Source: Candidatus Cloacimonadales bacterium
GTDB lineage: Bacteria > Cloacimonadota > Cloacimonadia > Cloacimonadales > JAFGVF01
DNA length: 64,000 nucleotides
Reading direction: 5' to 3'
Assembly: GCA_963678315.1 (NCBI GenBank)
Contig: OY782781.1
Span: 1,120,001-1,184,000, forward strand
The translations under genes were made by a program, and so were the position numbers. Shown piece by piece: positions 21,393-32,338 of this stretch. Each line of letters opens with the position of its first letter. Within the stretch, counting starts at the first letter, position 1. The notes below the pieces were generated by a model, which saw nothing but the letters and a program-made list of their open reading frames with translations, did not search any database and was not told the origin of the DNA.

Positions 21393-22562
21393 TATTTTTT
21401 TATCAAAGGAAACTAAGATGTTTAAACAGTAAATAGAGTGTAATATAGAGTGTGTAAGATTTTTTTTTGTAAGAGCAAAAGAGCACATGGTGGATGCCTT
21501 GGCACCAAATGGCGATGAAGGACGTGGTTAACTGCGAAAATCTTCGGTGAGCTGTAAGCAAGCTTCGACCCGGAGGTATCCGAATGGGGCAACCCGGCAC
21601 AAGTAATGTTGTGTCATCCGGTTTACCGGAGGCGAACGAGGGGAACTGAAACATCTAAGTACCCTCAGGAAGAGAAAGTAAAAACGATTTCCTAAGTAGC
21701 GGCGAGCGAACGGGGAAGAGCCTAAACCAGTTGAATAACTGGGGTTGTGGGACTACAATGTAGAGAAGTAATTGATAGACGAATTGATCTGGGAAGTTCA
21801 ACCAGAGAAGGTGAAAGTCCTGTAGTTAAAATTGATTACCATCTTAGTAGCATCCCGAGTAGGTCGGAACACGAGAAATTCCGATTGAATCTGCGAGGAC
21901 CATCTCGTAAGGCTAAATACGTTTGGTGACCGATAGTGAAACAGTACCGTGAGGGAAAGGTGAAAAGGACCCCAGAAGGGGAGTGAAATAGAACCTGAAA
22001 CCGTGTGTTTACAAGCAGTCAGAGCTTAATAGCGATGGCGTGCCTTTTGCATAATGAGCCAACGAGTTAATCTATTCAGCGAGGTTAAGTTTTACAGAAA
22101 TGTAGCCGAAGCGAAAGCGAGTGTTAATAGCGCGTTAAGTTGATTGGATTAGACCCGAAACCGGGTGATCTACCCATGACCAGGTTGAAGGCAAGGTAAC
22201 ACTTGCTGAAGGACCGCACCAACTAATGTTAAAAAATTAGTGGATGAGTTGTGGGTAGGGGTGAAAGGCCAAACAAACCCGGAGATAGCTGGTTCTCTTC
22301 GAAACATATTTAGGTATGGCCTCAGGCAAAAGTTTATAGGAGGTAGAGCACTGAATGGGCTAGGGGACTCACCAGTTTACTGAACCCAATCAAACTCCGA
22401 ATGCCTATAAATGATACCTGGGAGACAGCCCGTGGGGGATAAGCTTCACGGACGAAAGGGAAAGAACCCAGACCACCGGCTAAGGTCCCCAATTTTATGC
22501 TAAGTGAGAAAGGATGTTTAATTGCATAGACAGCCAGGATGTTGGCTTAGAAGCAGCCACCA

Positions 22563-22596
<34 letters not shown>

Positions 22597-22645
22597 GTAA
22601 TGCACCGAAGATGATCGGGACTAAAGCATAGAACCGAAGCCGTGG

Positions 22646-22961
22646 CCCAGCACTTATTTATATTTTTTTTAGGAGTTCGTATGTACTATGTTTATGTGTT
22701 AATAAGTAGAAGTAAAGAGAAATTGTATATAGGATATACATCAAATTTACAACAGCGAGTTAAACAACATAATAGTAAACATAAAGGATATACTAATAAC
22801 GACATATGGGATTTAGTATATTATGAAGCATACTACTCAGAGAAAGATGCAAGACAACGTGAGCAAAAACTCAAACAACATGGAAACAGTAAGAGATTTT
22901 TGAAAGAACGTATAAGTAATAGTATTGAAACAATCTAAAAAAAATACAAATAAGTGCTGGG
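22646..22961 (+). mobile_element. 23S rRNA intervening sequence (IVS) at helix 45
   Basis: 27-nt inverted repeat CCCAGCACTTATTTATATTTTTTTTAG / CTAAAAAAAATACAAATAAGTGCTGGG (one mismatch) between the conserved CCGAAGCCGTGG and GGTAGAAGAGC. Confidence 0.9.
22681..22938 (+). CDS. Stand-alone GIY-YIG nuclease (85 aa) inside the 23S IVS
   Basis: SD AGGAG at 22671-22675, ATG at 22681; YYVYVL..S.....YIGYTSNL..R...HN...YYEAY....AR.RE..LK. Confidence 0.9.
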   Translation: MYYVYVLISRSKEKLYIGYTSNLQQRVKQHNSKHKGYTNNDIWDLVYYEAYYSEKDARQREQKLKQHGNSKRFLKERISNSIETI

Positions 22962-23669
22962 GGTAGAAGAGCATTCTGAACAGCGACGAAGATTAACTGT
23001 GAGGTTAGTTGGAGCGTTCGGAAGAGACGATGTTGGCATGAGTAACGATAATGTGAGTGAGAAACTCACACACCGCAAGTCCAAGGTTTCCTCAGTAAAG
23101 ATAATCTTCTGAGGGTAAGCCGGCCCCTAAGGCGATGCCGAACGGCGCAGCTGATGGGAACCAGGTTAATATTCCTGGGCCTGTTATAATGAGTGATGGA
23201 GTGACGCAGTAATGCTGCACAGACTACTGTTGGATTAGTAGTTGAATGTATGTAGGAGACTTTATAGGCAAATCCGTAGAGTCAATCCGAGGTACAGGAC
23301 GATAGCATAGCTAATAAAGTGTGTTTATAGGACTGCCGAGAAATAGCTTCTAAACGTTGAATTATAACAGACCGTACCCTAAACCGACACAGGTGGACGA
23401 GGAGAGTATCCTCAGGTGTTCGAGAGAATTCTGGTTAAGGAACTAGGCAAAATGACCCCGTAACTTCGGGAGAAGGGGTGCCACGTTAGTGTTAGTATGT
23501 ACAATACAAAGCATGAAGTGGCCGCAGTGAAGAGGCCCAAGCGACTGTTTATCAAAAACACAGGTCTGTGCGAAGAAGTAATTCGAAGTATACAGACTGA
23601 CACCTGCCCGGTGCTGGAAGGTTAAATGGAGAGGTTAGCTTAATTGCGAAGCTTTGAAATGAAGCCCCA

Positions 23670-23757
<88 letters not shown>

Positions 23758-23824
23758 GGGCACTGTCTCAACCAGGAACTCGGTGAAATTGTAATAGCGG
23801 TGAAGATACCGCTTACCCGCGAAC

Positions 23825-23855
<31 letters not shown>

Positions 23856-24194
23856 TCTTGGCATTGTACATTGGTTTAGTATGTGTAGGATAGGTGGGAG
23901 GCTATGACTCATGGTCGCTAGATTGTGATGAGCCGTTGTTGAAATACCACCCTTATTAAATTGATTTACTAACGATATGAAAACATATCGGACATTGCCA
24001 GGTGGGCGGTTTGACTGGGGCGGTCGCCTCCTAAAAAGTAACGGAGGCTTACCAAGGTTCCCTCAAGATGGTTGGTAATCATCTGCAGAGCATAAAGGTA
24101 TAAGGGAGCTTGACTGCGAGACTGACGGGTCGAGCAGGTAGGAAACTAGGTCTTAGTGATCCGGCGGTTCTGAATGGAAGGGCCGTTGCTCAAA

Positions 24195-24227
<33 letters not shown>

Positions 24228-24283
24228 ACCGCCCAAGAGTTCATATCGACGGCGGTGTTTGGCACCTCGATGTCGGCTCAACT

Positions 24284-24334
<51 letters not shown>

Positions 24335-24337
24335 AGT

Positions 24338-24384
<47 letters not shown>

Positions 24385-24502
24385 TTCGTGGGCGTAGGAG
24401 ATTTGAGAGGATCTTCATTTAGTACGAGAGGACCGGTGTGGACGAACCTCTGGTGTATCGGTTGTGGCGCCAGCTGCATTGCCGAGTAGCTAAGTTCGGA
24501 AC

Positions 24503-24535
<33 letters not shown>

Positions 24536-24695
24536 AACCTCAAGATTAGATCTCCCCTTAGAGTCATTGGAGACTACAATGTATATAGGTCACAGGTGTA
24601 CGCATAGCAATATGTTCAGCCGAGTGATACTAATAACTCGATCGTCTTACTTATTAAATTTTATACACTCTATAGCTTTATTTATTATGAATAAG

Positions 24696-24718
24696 GATTG
24701 TAAGCATCTTGCTTACGA
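24696..24718 (+). repeat. Single family A REP hairpin in the 23S-5S spacer
   Basis: GGATTGTAAGCATCTTGCTTACG. Confidence 0.7.
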
Positions 24719-24780
24719 ACTTACATATTAATAAATGAAGTAAAAAACACTAATATAAATCATTTTTGGCAAGGGTCAAA

Positions 24781-24896
<116 letters not shown>

Positions 24897-25035
24897 TTTG
24901 ACCCTTGCTTTTTTACGTAAGTAAAAACAAGGCAAAGAGCATAAATCATGTAATCTACTTCATGAGCTTTAGCTCATAAATAATATTAAGCTCTTTGACC
25001 CTTGCTTTTTTTACGTATATAAAATTGGTACATCT

Positions 25036-25295
25036 ATCTTTTACCCAGCACTGAAGTACTGGGCTTTGGAAAGAATAACCCTTTCAGGGTAGAAAGAACC
25101 TGGTGTTCGTCCCACAGGACAATTATTAATGTCTTTGATTTTATAAAAATTTTCATTCATACATTTGCATGTATTCATAATACACACGGTTGTGTGTATC
25201 TACAGAAGATTATAGTCTGGAAAAAGACAGTTCTGACATCTTTTACCCAGCACTGAAGTACTGGGCTTTGGAAAGATTAACCCTTTCAGGGTAGA
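25036..25295. repeat. Family C repeat: two 58-nt direct copies (25036-25093 and 25238-25295)
   Basis: CCCAGCACTGAAGTACTGGG plus ACCCTTTCAGGGT hairpins; related copies at 36511-36557, 46902-46948 and 61040-61088. Confidence 0.8.
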
Positions 25296-25323
25296 GAGAA
25301 AAAGAGAAAAAGCAAATAACAAA

Positions 25324-27591
25324 TTATGGTTTTAATTGTAATGCTCCATTACGTCCACTAATCCAGATGGCTGTATTAAGAGAATTGAAGTTAGAAATAA
25401 CATCAGGATCAGGTAAATTAAATTTATTTGGAATAGACGTTGGGATAAACACATTTGTAGGTCTTACTTCATTTAAGAAATTTTGTGAGCTACTGGTAAT
25501 GCTTCCGTGATGGGGACATTTAAGAAAGTCAGTTTTAAGATAATCGGCATAGTTATTAACAAGATAGTCTTCAGCATCTTTCTCAATATCTCCAGTAAAG
25601 AGAAAAGAAGTATCACCGATTGTAATTTTAGCAACAATGGACATATTATTTGGATTTGAGGAATGGTAATGTTTATCAGGATGTAGGATTTTAACTCTGT
25701 TATCCATTATAGATAAAGTGTCAGTGACTAAATGTATTTCAGTATCATGGCTGATTTTTGACAAAGCTTCTTTCAATTCTTTAGTATAAAAAGATTCATC
25801 TGTAAGATATATATTCTGAACTTGTAAGTTCTTAATAAGTTCAGGTAAACCTCCATAGTGATCTTCATGAGCATGGGTAATGATTATGTTATTAACTGTG
25901 TTTATATGCTTTCTGATTAAGTATGGTAACAAAGCAGATTTAACGACTTTATAACTTTGAACATTTGATCCTGTATCAATAATTAAGTTCTGTCCATCTG
26001 GGAATTTAATGAATGAACAGTCAGCTTTTCCTGAAGCAAAGAAGATAACTTGAGAAGTTTTATCAAAGAAATGCGACCAGAAGACCAGATAGAATAAAAC
26101 AATAAAACTAATGGATAAGAGTATTTTAAGCATAAATCTCTTTTTGAAAGTAAAGAAGATTAAGAAAAATGCTATTAGAGATGTTGTTAGTTCTATAGGG
26201 TTTATAGAAATATTGCTAAGAAATAATGGAAGATGTGCAAAGAATTCAAGAAGTTTGTTGAAACTTTCTACTAAAAAATCGAAAGCACTAGTTAGGTTAT
26301 GAGAAATAATCAAGTCTGAAGGTATCATTAGTTGAAGCAAAATAATGCTAATAATTAGTGTAATTAGTGGAGTTGCCAGGATATTAGTTATAATAGCATT
26401 AAATGATATCTGATTAAAGTAGAGAGCAGATAAGGGAGCAATTAAAATTATTACAGATAATGAGTAAATTAAGTATGAAATAATTGGGTTTAGGCAAGTT
26501 AGTCTTTTTTGTGTAATTGCAACTTTTGGTAATAAATATCTATCAGCTATCCATAATGAGATGAATGCAGTAAGAGATAAGTGAAGTCCAACAGAAAAGA
26601 TATTATTGGGGTTAACTATAGTTATGGTAAACAAGGTAATAGAAATAAGCTGAAGGAATGATATTTTTCTTTGCAGGATATGTGTTAGGTTGAAAATTAT
26701 TAGAATGATGACAGTTCTAGTTACAGAAGGTGACCAATTACAGAGATAGGAATATAATAAGAGAATGGGGATGGTAGATATTCTAACAATTTGACGCTTT
26801 AAGAAGATTCCTAGCAGTGTTGATAAGATAAGGTAAATTATTCCAACGTGGAGTCCTGATACTGCAAAAAGATGAAGAACACCAAGCTTTGATAAAGTAT
26901 CTGAATCTAAATCTAAGTAAGATTTCTCTCCAAGAAAGATAGCAAAAGCATAAGCGAAGTTATCAGGGTAAAGTTGTTTGATTTTAGTTATGGTTGTATA
27001 TTTAAATTTTTCTAAAGGGGAGGTTTGGCAAGACTTATAGCTTACTAATCCATAAGGATAGCCTGTGAAATCTATTCCTTGTCTGTGATAATACTGGTTG
27101 AAGTTAAATTCTCCAGGATTCTTTGGCCTGGAAATTAAAGACAAAGAGATGGGGGCTTTATATTTATGACCCAGTTTTAGTGTATCAGGTAACCGGTAAA
27201 TAAGAGCTTTAGCGTTTTTGATATTTGTATTGGCAACGTTATCAATATCCACTAGATAGTAAGTCTTCTTTTTTATAGAAGTTTGTTTCTTAGATAATAC
27301 CTTAAATTCTACTAATTGCTGAATACTTTTATTCTCTGATATATAATTTTGTAGTTCATTAGTTTTGTGGTGGTTGAAATAGTCAGTGTAGGACCAAGCT
27401 AATAGTAAAAATAGAAGAAATATGCAATAATGAGATATTCTCTTTACTAGGAATGAGGTAACTAGCAATAATGCTGTGAGGTAGTAAAGAAGATTAGGAA
27501 AACTAGAATAATCAGAGATAATGATGCCAACAATCCAACAAATTAAGGGTATTAAAAGATTATGTCTCTTAGTTTGAATTGATTTAAGCAC
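25324..27591 (-). CDS. comEC: DNA internalization competence protein ComEC/Rec2
   Basis: NPGEFNF, HLFAVSGLHVG, multiple TM helices, metallo-beta-lactamase THAHEDHYGG and PHHGS. Confidence 0.93.
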   Translation of the reverse strand: MLKSIQTKRHNLLIPLICWIVGIIISDYSSFPNLLYYLTALLLVTSFLVKRISHYCIFLLFLLLAWSYTDYFNHHKTNELQNYISENKSIQQLVEFKVLSKKQTSIKKKTYYLVDIDNVANTNIKNAKALIYRLPDTLKLGHKYKAPISLSLISRPKNPGEFNFNQYYHRQGIDFTGYPYGLVSYKSCQTSPLEKFKYTTITKIKQLYPDNFAYAFAIFLGEKSYLDLDSDTLSKLGVLHLFAVSGLHVGIIYLILSTLLGIFLKRQIVRISTIPILLLYSYLCNWSPSVTRTVIILIIFNLTHILQRKISFLQLISITLFTITIVNPNNIFSVGLHLSLTAFISLWIADRYLLPKVAITQKRLTCLNPIISYLIYSLSVIILIAPLSALYFNQISFNAIITNILATPLITLIISIILLQLMIPSDLIISHNLTSAFDFLVESFNKLLEFFAHLPLFLSNISINPIELTTSLIAFFLIFFTFKKRFMLKILLSISFIVLFYLVFWSHFFDKTSQVIFFASGKADCSFIKFPDGQNLIIDTGSNVQSYKVVKSALLPYLIRKHINTVNNIIITHAHEDHYGGLPELIKNLQVQNIYLTDESFYTKELKEALSKISHDTEIHLVTDTLSIMDNRVKILHPDKHYHSSNPNNMSIVAKITIGDTSFLFTGDIEKDAEDYLVNNYADYLKTDFLKCPHHGSITSSSQNFLNEVRPTNVFIPTSIPNKFNLPDPDVISNFNSLNTAIWISGRNGALQLKP

Positions 27592-27654
27592 TTATACCTC
27601 CAGACGCCTATTTCTTCATTAAACATGAAGAAGTCATATAAAAAAAGCTATTAC

Positions 27655-28746
27655 TTAATACCTTCCTACTATTTCTTTGAAAGTTGATTCATTAATATTA
27701 ATTATAGTTTCTAAGTTTGGATTGTTGATTTGATTGCTAGATAGAAGGTGTTCAGAAATGATAGCATAAAAATCTTTAAATCTAATCTTTTTGTCTAAGA
27801 ACAATGAAATACATGCTTCATTAGCTGAATTCATTATAGTTGGGAAAATTCCTCCTTCTAAACCAACTTCAAGAGCAAGAAAGAATAGGGGATATCTATC
27901 TTTATCGATAGCTCTAAAGGTTAGATCAGGCATGGTTAGTAAATCGGTTTTTACTTGTTGATAAGGAATATGTTGAGGATGCGATAGGGCATAGAGAATA
28001 GGTAATTGCATACTTGGTGAACTCATTTGCGCTATATGAGATCCATCGACAAACTTAACCATAGAATGAATAATTGATTGAGGGTGAATAATTGCTTGAA
28101 TTTGTTCAAATGGCATATTGAAGAGCCAATGTGCTTCAATAACTTCTAAACCTTTATTCATCATGGTTGCTGAATCAATAGTTACTTTAGCCCCCATATC
28201 CCAGTTAGGGTGTTTAAGAGTTTCTGCAATAGTGATATCCTTGAATGTATGGAGAGGTCTATCTCTAAAAGAACCACCTGAAGCAGTAATTATTAACTTA
28301 TCAACTTCATGCTTTTGATGACTACCTAGGCATTGGAAAATAGCAGAGTGTTCGCTATCAACAGGAAGAATAGGATTATTTAGGGTGTATTTCTGTAAAA
28401 TATGTCCTGCCATTACAAGAGATTCTTTATTAGCTAAGGCTAGTTTTTTCCCTCTTTTAAGAACAGTATAAGAAGATTTTAAGCCAGCAGAACCAGTAAT
28501 TGCATTTATCACTATATCATAGTCAAGATCTTCTAAGAGCTTGATAAGATTATCTTCATCATCTAGAGAAGTCAGTATTGTATTAGGAATAGAGAATTCT
28601 TGGGTTAGTTCTGTTAATTTAGATTGGTTTTTATGAGCAGATGCTAGAACTATATCAAATAAATCGGTATTTTCTCTGATAACATTACACGAAGATTCAC
28701 CGATAGATCCGGTTATTCCTAAAATTACTATTTTCTTCTTTCTCAT
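27655..28746 (-). CDS. dxr: 1-deoxy-D-xylulose 5-phosphate reductoisomerase
   Basis: LGITGSIG, LANKESLV, PVDSEHSAIFQ, HPNWDMGAKVTIDSATMMNKGLE. Confidence 0.97.
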   Translation of the reverse strand: MRKKKIVILGITGSIGESSCNVIRENTDLFDIVLASAHKNQSKLTELTQEFSIPNTILTSLDDEDNLIKLLEDLDYDIVINAITGSAGLKSSYTVLKRGKKLALANKESLVMAGHILQKYTLNNPILPVDSEHSAIFQCLGSHQKHEVDKLIITASGGSFRDRPLHTFKDITIAETLKHPNWDMGAKVTIDSATMMNKGLEVIEAHWLFNMPFEQIQAIIHPQSIIHSMVKFVDGSHIAQMSSPSMQLPILYALSHPQHIPYQQVKTDLLTMPDLTFRAIDKDRYPLFFLALEVGLEGGIFPTIMNSANEACISLFLDKKIRFKDFYAIISEHLLSSNQINNPNLETIININESTFKEIVGRY

Positions 28747-29702
28747 TAGAAGTTATATCCTATTGCCATTTTTTGAGAGTTTCCAAGATCAGAGTCTTCA
28801 TTAAATCTATAAGAATAGAAAAGTGAGAAGTTGCTAATTTTTAAATCTAAGCCTGTGGTTAAAGAGTCAACATCATATCCTGACAAGATAGTAATATTTT
28901 TATAAGGAGTTATAGAAAGTCCAAAGTGATTATTACTACTTGTGAAAGCTAAATCTGTATTTCCAATTTCTCCATCATCAAACATAAACATTTCACTTCT
29001 TGCAGATAATTCAACTGGAACAGTCTTTCCAAAAAGAGCAAACATATATCTTGCTTCAAAGTCTAATTTAGGAGATACAGATTCATATTCTCCATTTTCC
29101 CAAAGAACGTGAGTAGACACTATATTATGAACTTTTGATGCAAAGAGCCAGTTCTTATTTGGGTTGTATAATAATGATGCATCAGCACCTATAGCCCATG
29201 CATTTTCTTCTGCTAGCTTTCTATAGGCTAATTTAGGTGTTAATCCTAAATAAAGGTCTTTTGCAAGAGTTCTACTCAAACCAATTGATATAAGATAATC
29301 ATTATTATCTACATGCTTGTAGGCATAAGGTCGATTATCATTAGATATTTCTAAGGACTCATTTTCCAGCTTAGTCAAAGGAATATCATTGATAGAAATT
29401 CTAGTTAAGCTAAGAGAAATTGAGTTCTTTGAAGCCCAGAAGAAAGAGATATTATCATAAGAGAAGAGATCGTCGAATTCTGTAGCATGCATGACTTCTA
29501 CTCTTGACTGCTTAATTAATTGCATTAGAGCAGGATTCCAATAAGCAGGGGAGTAGCTATTTAGGTCTGTAAGCCCAGTGTTTCCCATTCCAATATTTCT
29601 AACCCCAGTTGGTAAATCATAGATTTCACCTGCATATTTATCAAATGCAATAAGAGTTACAGCGATATTTATTATTAGTATTACTATTATTGTCTTTTTC
29701 AT
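28746..29702 (-). CDS. PorV/PorQ-family (FadL-like) outer-membrane beta-barrel
   Basis: Signal peptide; G.R.IGMG....., YWNPA plug motif; amphipathic strands; C-terminal GYNF. Confidence 0.7.
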   Translation of the reverse strand: MKKTIIVILIINIAVTLIAFDKYAGEIYDLPTGVRNIGMGNTGLTDLNSYSPAYWNPALMQLIKQSRVEVMHATEFDDLFSYDNISFFWASKNSISLSLTRISINDIPLTKLENESLEISNDNRPYAYKHVDNNDYLISIGLSRTLAKDLYLGLTPKLAYRKLAEENAWAIGADASLLYNPNKNWLFASKVHNIVSTHVLWENGEYESVSPKLDFEARYMFALFGKTVPVELSARSEMFMFDDGEIGNTDLAFTSSNNHFGLSITPYKNITILSGYDVDSLTTGLDLKISNFSLFYSYRFNEDSDLGNSQKMAIGYNF

Positions 29703-29716
29703 TATATAGTCCTTAT

Positions 29717-31882
29717 TTATTTTGGTTGAACATATTTAACACTAATCTTTTTAAGAAAGCCTGAATTAAAGGAAATAGTTAATATTCTACTTTCCCCTTC
29801 ACCATTAGATGCAACAATCATGCCTTGTCCAAATCTTTCATGATGAATTATCTGTCCTGGTCGGTAATCAGTGTCAACTTTTTTCTTAGGGATAGATTTA
29901 CGCTTACTACGTTTAGGATTTCTGGGAGCAGATATATGTTGAGAATGGTGAGTTGTTTTTTCACTTACTTCTCTTAAAAATCTACTTGGAGGTGATGCTT
30001 CTGCAAAACCTCTTAATCTGCGATAGTTAGCGTTAGTTAAAAATAAAAACTCTTTGGCTCTGGTGATAGCAACATAGAATAATCTTCTCTCTTCTTCTAT
30101 ATCCTTTGGTTCGGCTAAAGAACGACTATGCGGTAACAATCCTTCTTCTATGCCAATAATCATAACAGCTCTAAATTCAAGCCCTTTGGCATTGTGGATT
30201 GTAAGAAGATTAATAGAATCTGAATTCCTATCAAATCTGTCCAAATCAGTTAGTAAAGATACTGAGTTTAAAAAGTTTTCTAAATAAGGTTCTTCTCCAT
30301 TGTCTTGTAAAAAGTCTTCTCTGAACTGAGAAGTAGAGCTGATGAATTCTTTAATATTCTCAGCTTGTGAATTAAGTTTAGGGTCTGAAGAGTTTTCTAG
30401 TTTTGGGAGAATATTAATATCTCCAATAACCTGAGTAACTATTTCAAAGCAATTTAATGTATTAATTTTTGATTGCCAATTGATTAGCATTGTAGCAAAC
30501 TTGCTGACTGCAGTAATTGCTCTTTTAGTGAGGGAGTCTATCTGGGCAACATTCTTAATAGCCTCTACAAAAGATATTCTATTTCTAATCGCATAGTTGG
30601 TTATAGTTGCAATAGTAGTTTTGCCAATACCACGTGTAGGAGAATTGATAATCCTATGAATACTTTCGTTATCGTTAGGATTGAATATCACTTTAAGATA
30701 AGCTAATACGTCTTTAATTTCTTTTCTTTGATAGAAGTTTGTTCCACCAACAACTTTATATGGTAAGTTATTACTTATTAATGCTGTTTCAATGAGCCTA
30801 GATTGAGAGTTGGTCCTGTAAAGAATTGCAATATCATTTAGACTCAAATTATGATTATGTTGCAGATTTAGAATATTCTCAACTACATACTGAGCTTCAT
30901 CAATATCAGCTTCTACTGTTTTTAACACAGGTTTATGAACAGAAAGAATTTCAGACCTAAGTTCTTTCTCATGGCGAGTGGAATTATTCTTAATCAACTC
31001 ATTTGCCAGGTTAAGGATATCGATTGAAGAACGATAGTTTTGTTCTAATTTTACAACTTTAGTTTGTTTATGAACTTTATCGAAGTTTAAGATGTTTTTA
31101 ATATCAGCCCCTCTCCAAGAGTAGATGGCTTGGTCATCATCTCCAACTACACAAATATTGTTTTCAGGTTGAGCTAGAAGTGATGTTAGCAAGTACTGAA
31201 TCTGATTAGTATCTTGATATTCGTCTATCATTACATACTTGAAAAGCTCTTGATATTTGGCTTTTATTTGCTCACTTTCTTTTAATAACTTTAGTGTGTA
31301 AACTAATATATCATCAAAATCTAAGCAGTTACTACTTATTAAAGCATTCTGATATTCTGTATATATTTGTAGAAATTTTCTATTCCTAAAACCATCATCT
31401 TTAAGGAATTGAAGGTCTTGTGGAAGCATTGCTTCATTCTTTCTTCTGCTAATGAGAGATTTTACTGTTTGAATTGGAAAGTTATCTTTCTCAATACCTA
31501 GTTTTTTATATACCTTTTTTAGTAGAGCTTTCTGGTCATCTGAATCATAAATACTGAAGTTAGAATTAAAAGGTGTAAATTGATATTCATTTCTTAGGAT
31601 CCGTAAGCAGATAGAGTGGAAAGTCCCTACCCATAGATTATATGGATTTATCCCAAAGTAAGATTGAAGTCTTTCCCTCAATTCAGCAGCAGCTTTATTG
31701 GTAAATGTTACTATAAGAATATTAGATGGGTCAATGTTCTTTTCTTTGATTAGATAAGCTGTTCTGAAGATAATTGTCCGTGTTTTTCCAGATCCAGCAC
31801 CTGCCAATACTAGAACAGGTCCCTCTGTATTCTCAACAACTTCTATTTGTTCACTATTAAGTTCGGTTAAGTCTATATTCAT
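29717..31882 (-). CDS. uvrD: ATP-dependent DNA helicase UvrD/PcrA
   Basis: AGAGSGKT, TFTNKAA, DEYQDTN, VGDDDQAIYSWRGA, TIHNAKGLEF, EERRLFYVAITRA. Confidence 0.95.
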   Translation of the reverse strand: MNIDLTELNSEQIEVVENTEGPVLVLAGAGSGKTRTIIFRTAYLIKEKNIDPSNILIVTFTNKAAAELRERLQSYFGINPYNLWVGTFHSICLRILRNEYQFTPFNSNFSIYDSDDQKALLKKVYKKLGIEKDNFPIQTVKSLISRRKNEAMLPQDLQFLKDDGFRNRKFLQIYTEYQNALISSNCLDFDDILVYTLKLLKESEQIKAKYQELFKYVMIDEYQDTNQIQYLLTSLLAQPENNICVVGDDDQAIYSWRGADIKNILNFDKVHKQTKVVKLEQNYRSSIDILNLANELIKNNSTRHEKELRSEILSVHKPVLKTVEADIDEAQYVVENILNLQHNHNLSLNDIAILYRTNSQSRLIETALISNNLPYKVVGGTNFYQRKEIKDVLAYLKVIFNPNDNESIHRIINSPTRGIGKTTIATITNYAIRNRISFVEAIKNVAQIDSLTKRAITAVSKFATMLINWQSKINTLNCFEIVTQVIGDINILPKLENSSDPKLNSQAENIKEFISSTSQFREDFLQDNGEEPYLENFLNSVSLLTDLDRFDRNSDSINLLTIHNAKGLEFRAVMIIGIEEGLLPHSRSLAEPKDIEEERRLFYVAITRAKEFLFLTNANYRRLRGFAEASPPSRFLREVSEKTTHHSQHISAPRNPKRSKRKSIPKKKVDTDYRPGQIIHHERFGQGMIVASNGEGESRILTISFNSGFLKKISVKYVQPK

Positions 31883-31885
31883 TGA

Positions 31886-32338
31886 TTAAAATGGTACATT
31901 GATAGGCACACCATATTCTTCAGGGTTAAGTGGACCTTCTAAGCGTTCATTGTCATTATGGTTAAGAGGATCTAAGTATTTGTAAGCAGATATTTTGTAA
32001 AAGTAAGCTCCAGCTGTTACATTTGTGTCTGTAAAAGAGTTTTCATTTACATCTAAAATAGTATTACCTGTAGTTATAAGTTGATAAGTACCGTCATAAG
32101 AACGTGATCTATATATAAAATATCCATCAGCTTCATTGTTTGTAAGCTCAACCCAACTCAATCTAACCCATTTCGTTATTGCATTATAGCCACTTGCAGA
32201 AGCTTCTAAATTTGTTACTAATGGAGGAGCGACTATGTTTCCATTTTCAGGATCAAGTGGATTGTCTCTATCTAAACCACAGCTGATAATTGATAAGACC
32301 AATGATATAAGCAAAAGTAATTTAAATATTATTTTCAT
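31886..32338 (-). CDS. Lipoprotein with Fn3-like domain
   Basis: Lipobox IISC, RDNPLDP, GYFIYRS...YFYKISA. Confidence 0.7.
   Translation of the reverse strand: MKIIFKLLLLISLVLSIISCGLDRDNPLDPENGNIVAPPLVTNLEASASGYNAITKWVRLSWVELTNNEADGYFIYRSRSYDGTYQLITTGNTILDVNENSFTDTNVTAGAYFYKISAYKYLDPLNHNDNERLEGPLNPEEYGVPINVPF

Noticed and set aside
22642..22680. GTG start giving a 98-aa nuclease
   Set aside because: Lies in rRNA/stem sequence without an SD; ATG 22681 has AGGAG and begins the GIY-YIG fold
22646..22961. Group I or group II intron
   Set aside because: The non-coding part is only the stem arms and a short leader; no space or motifs for a ribozyme core
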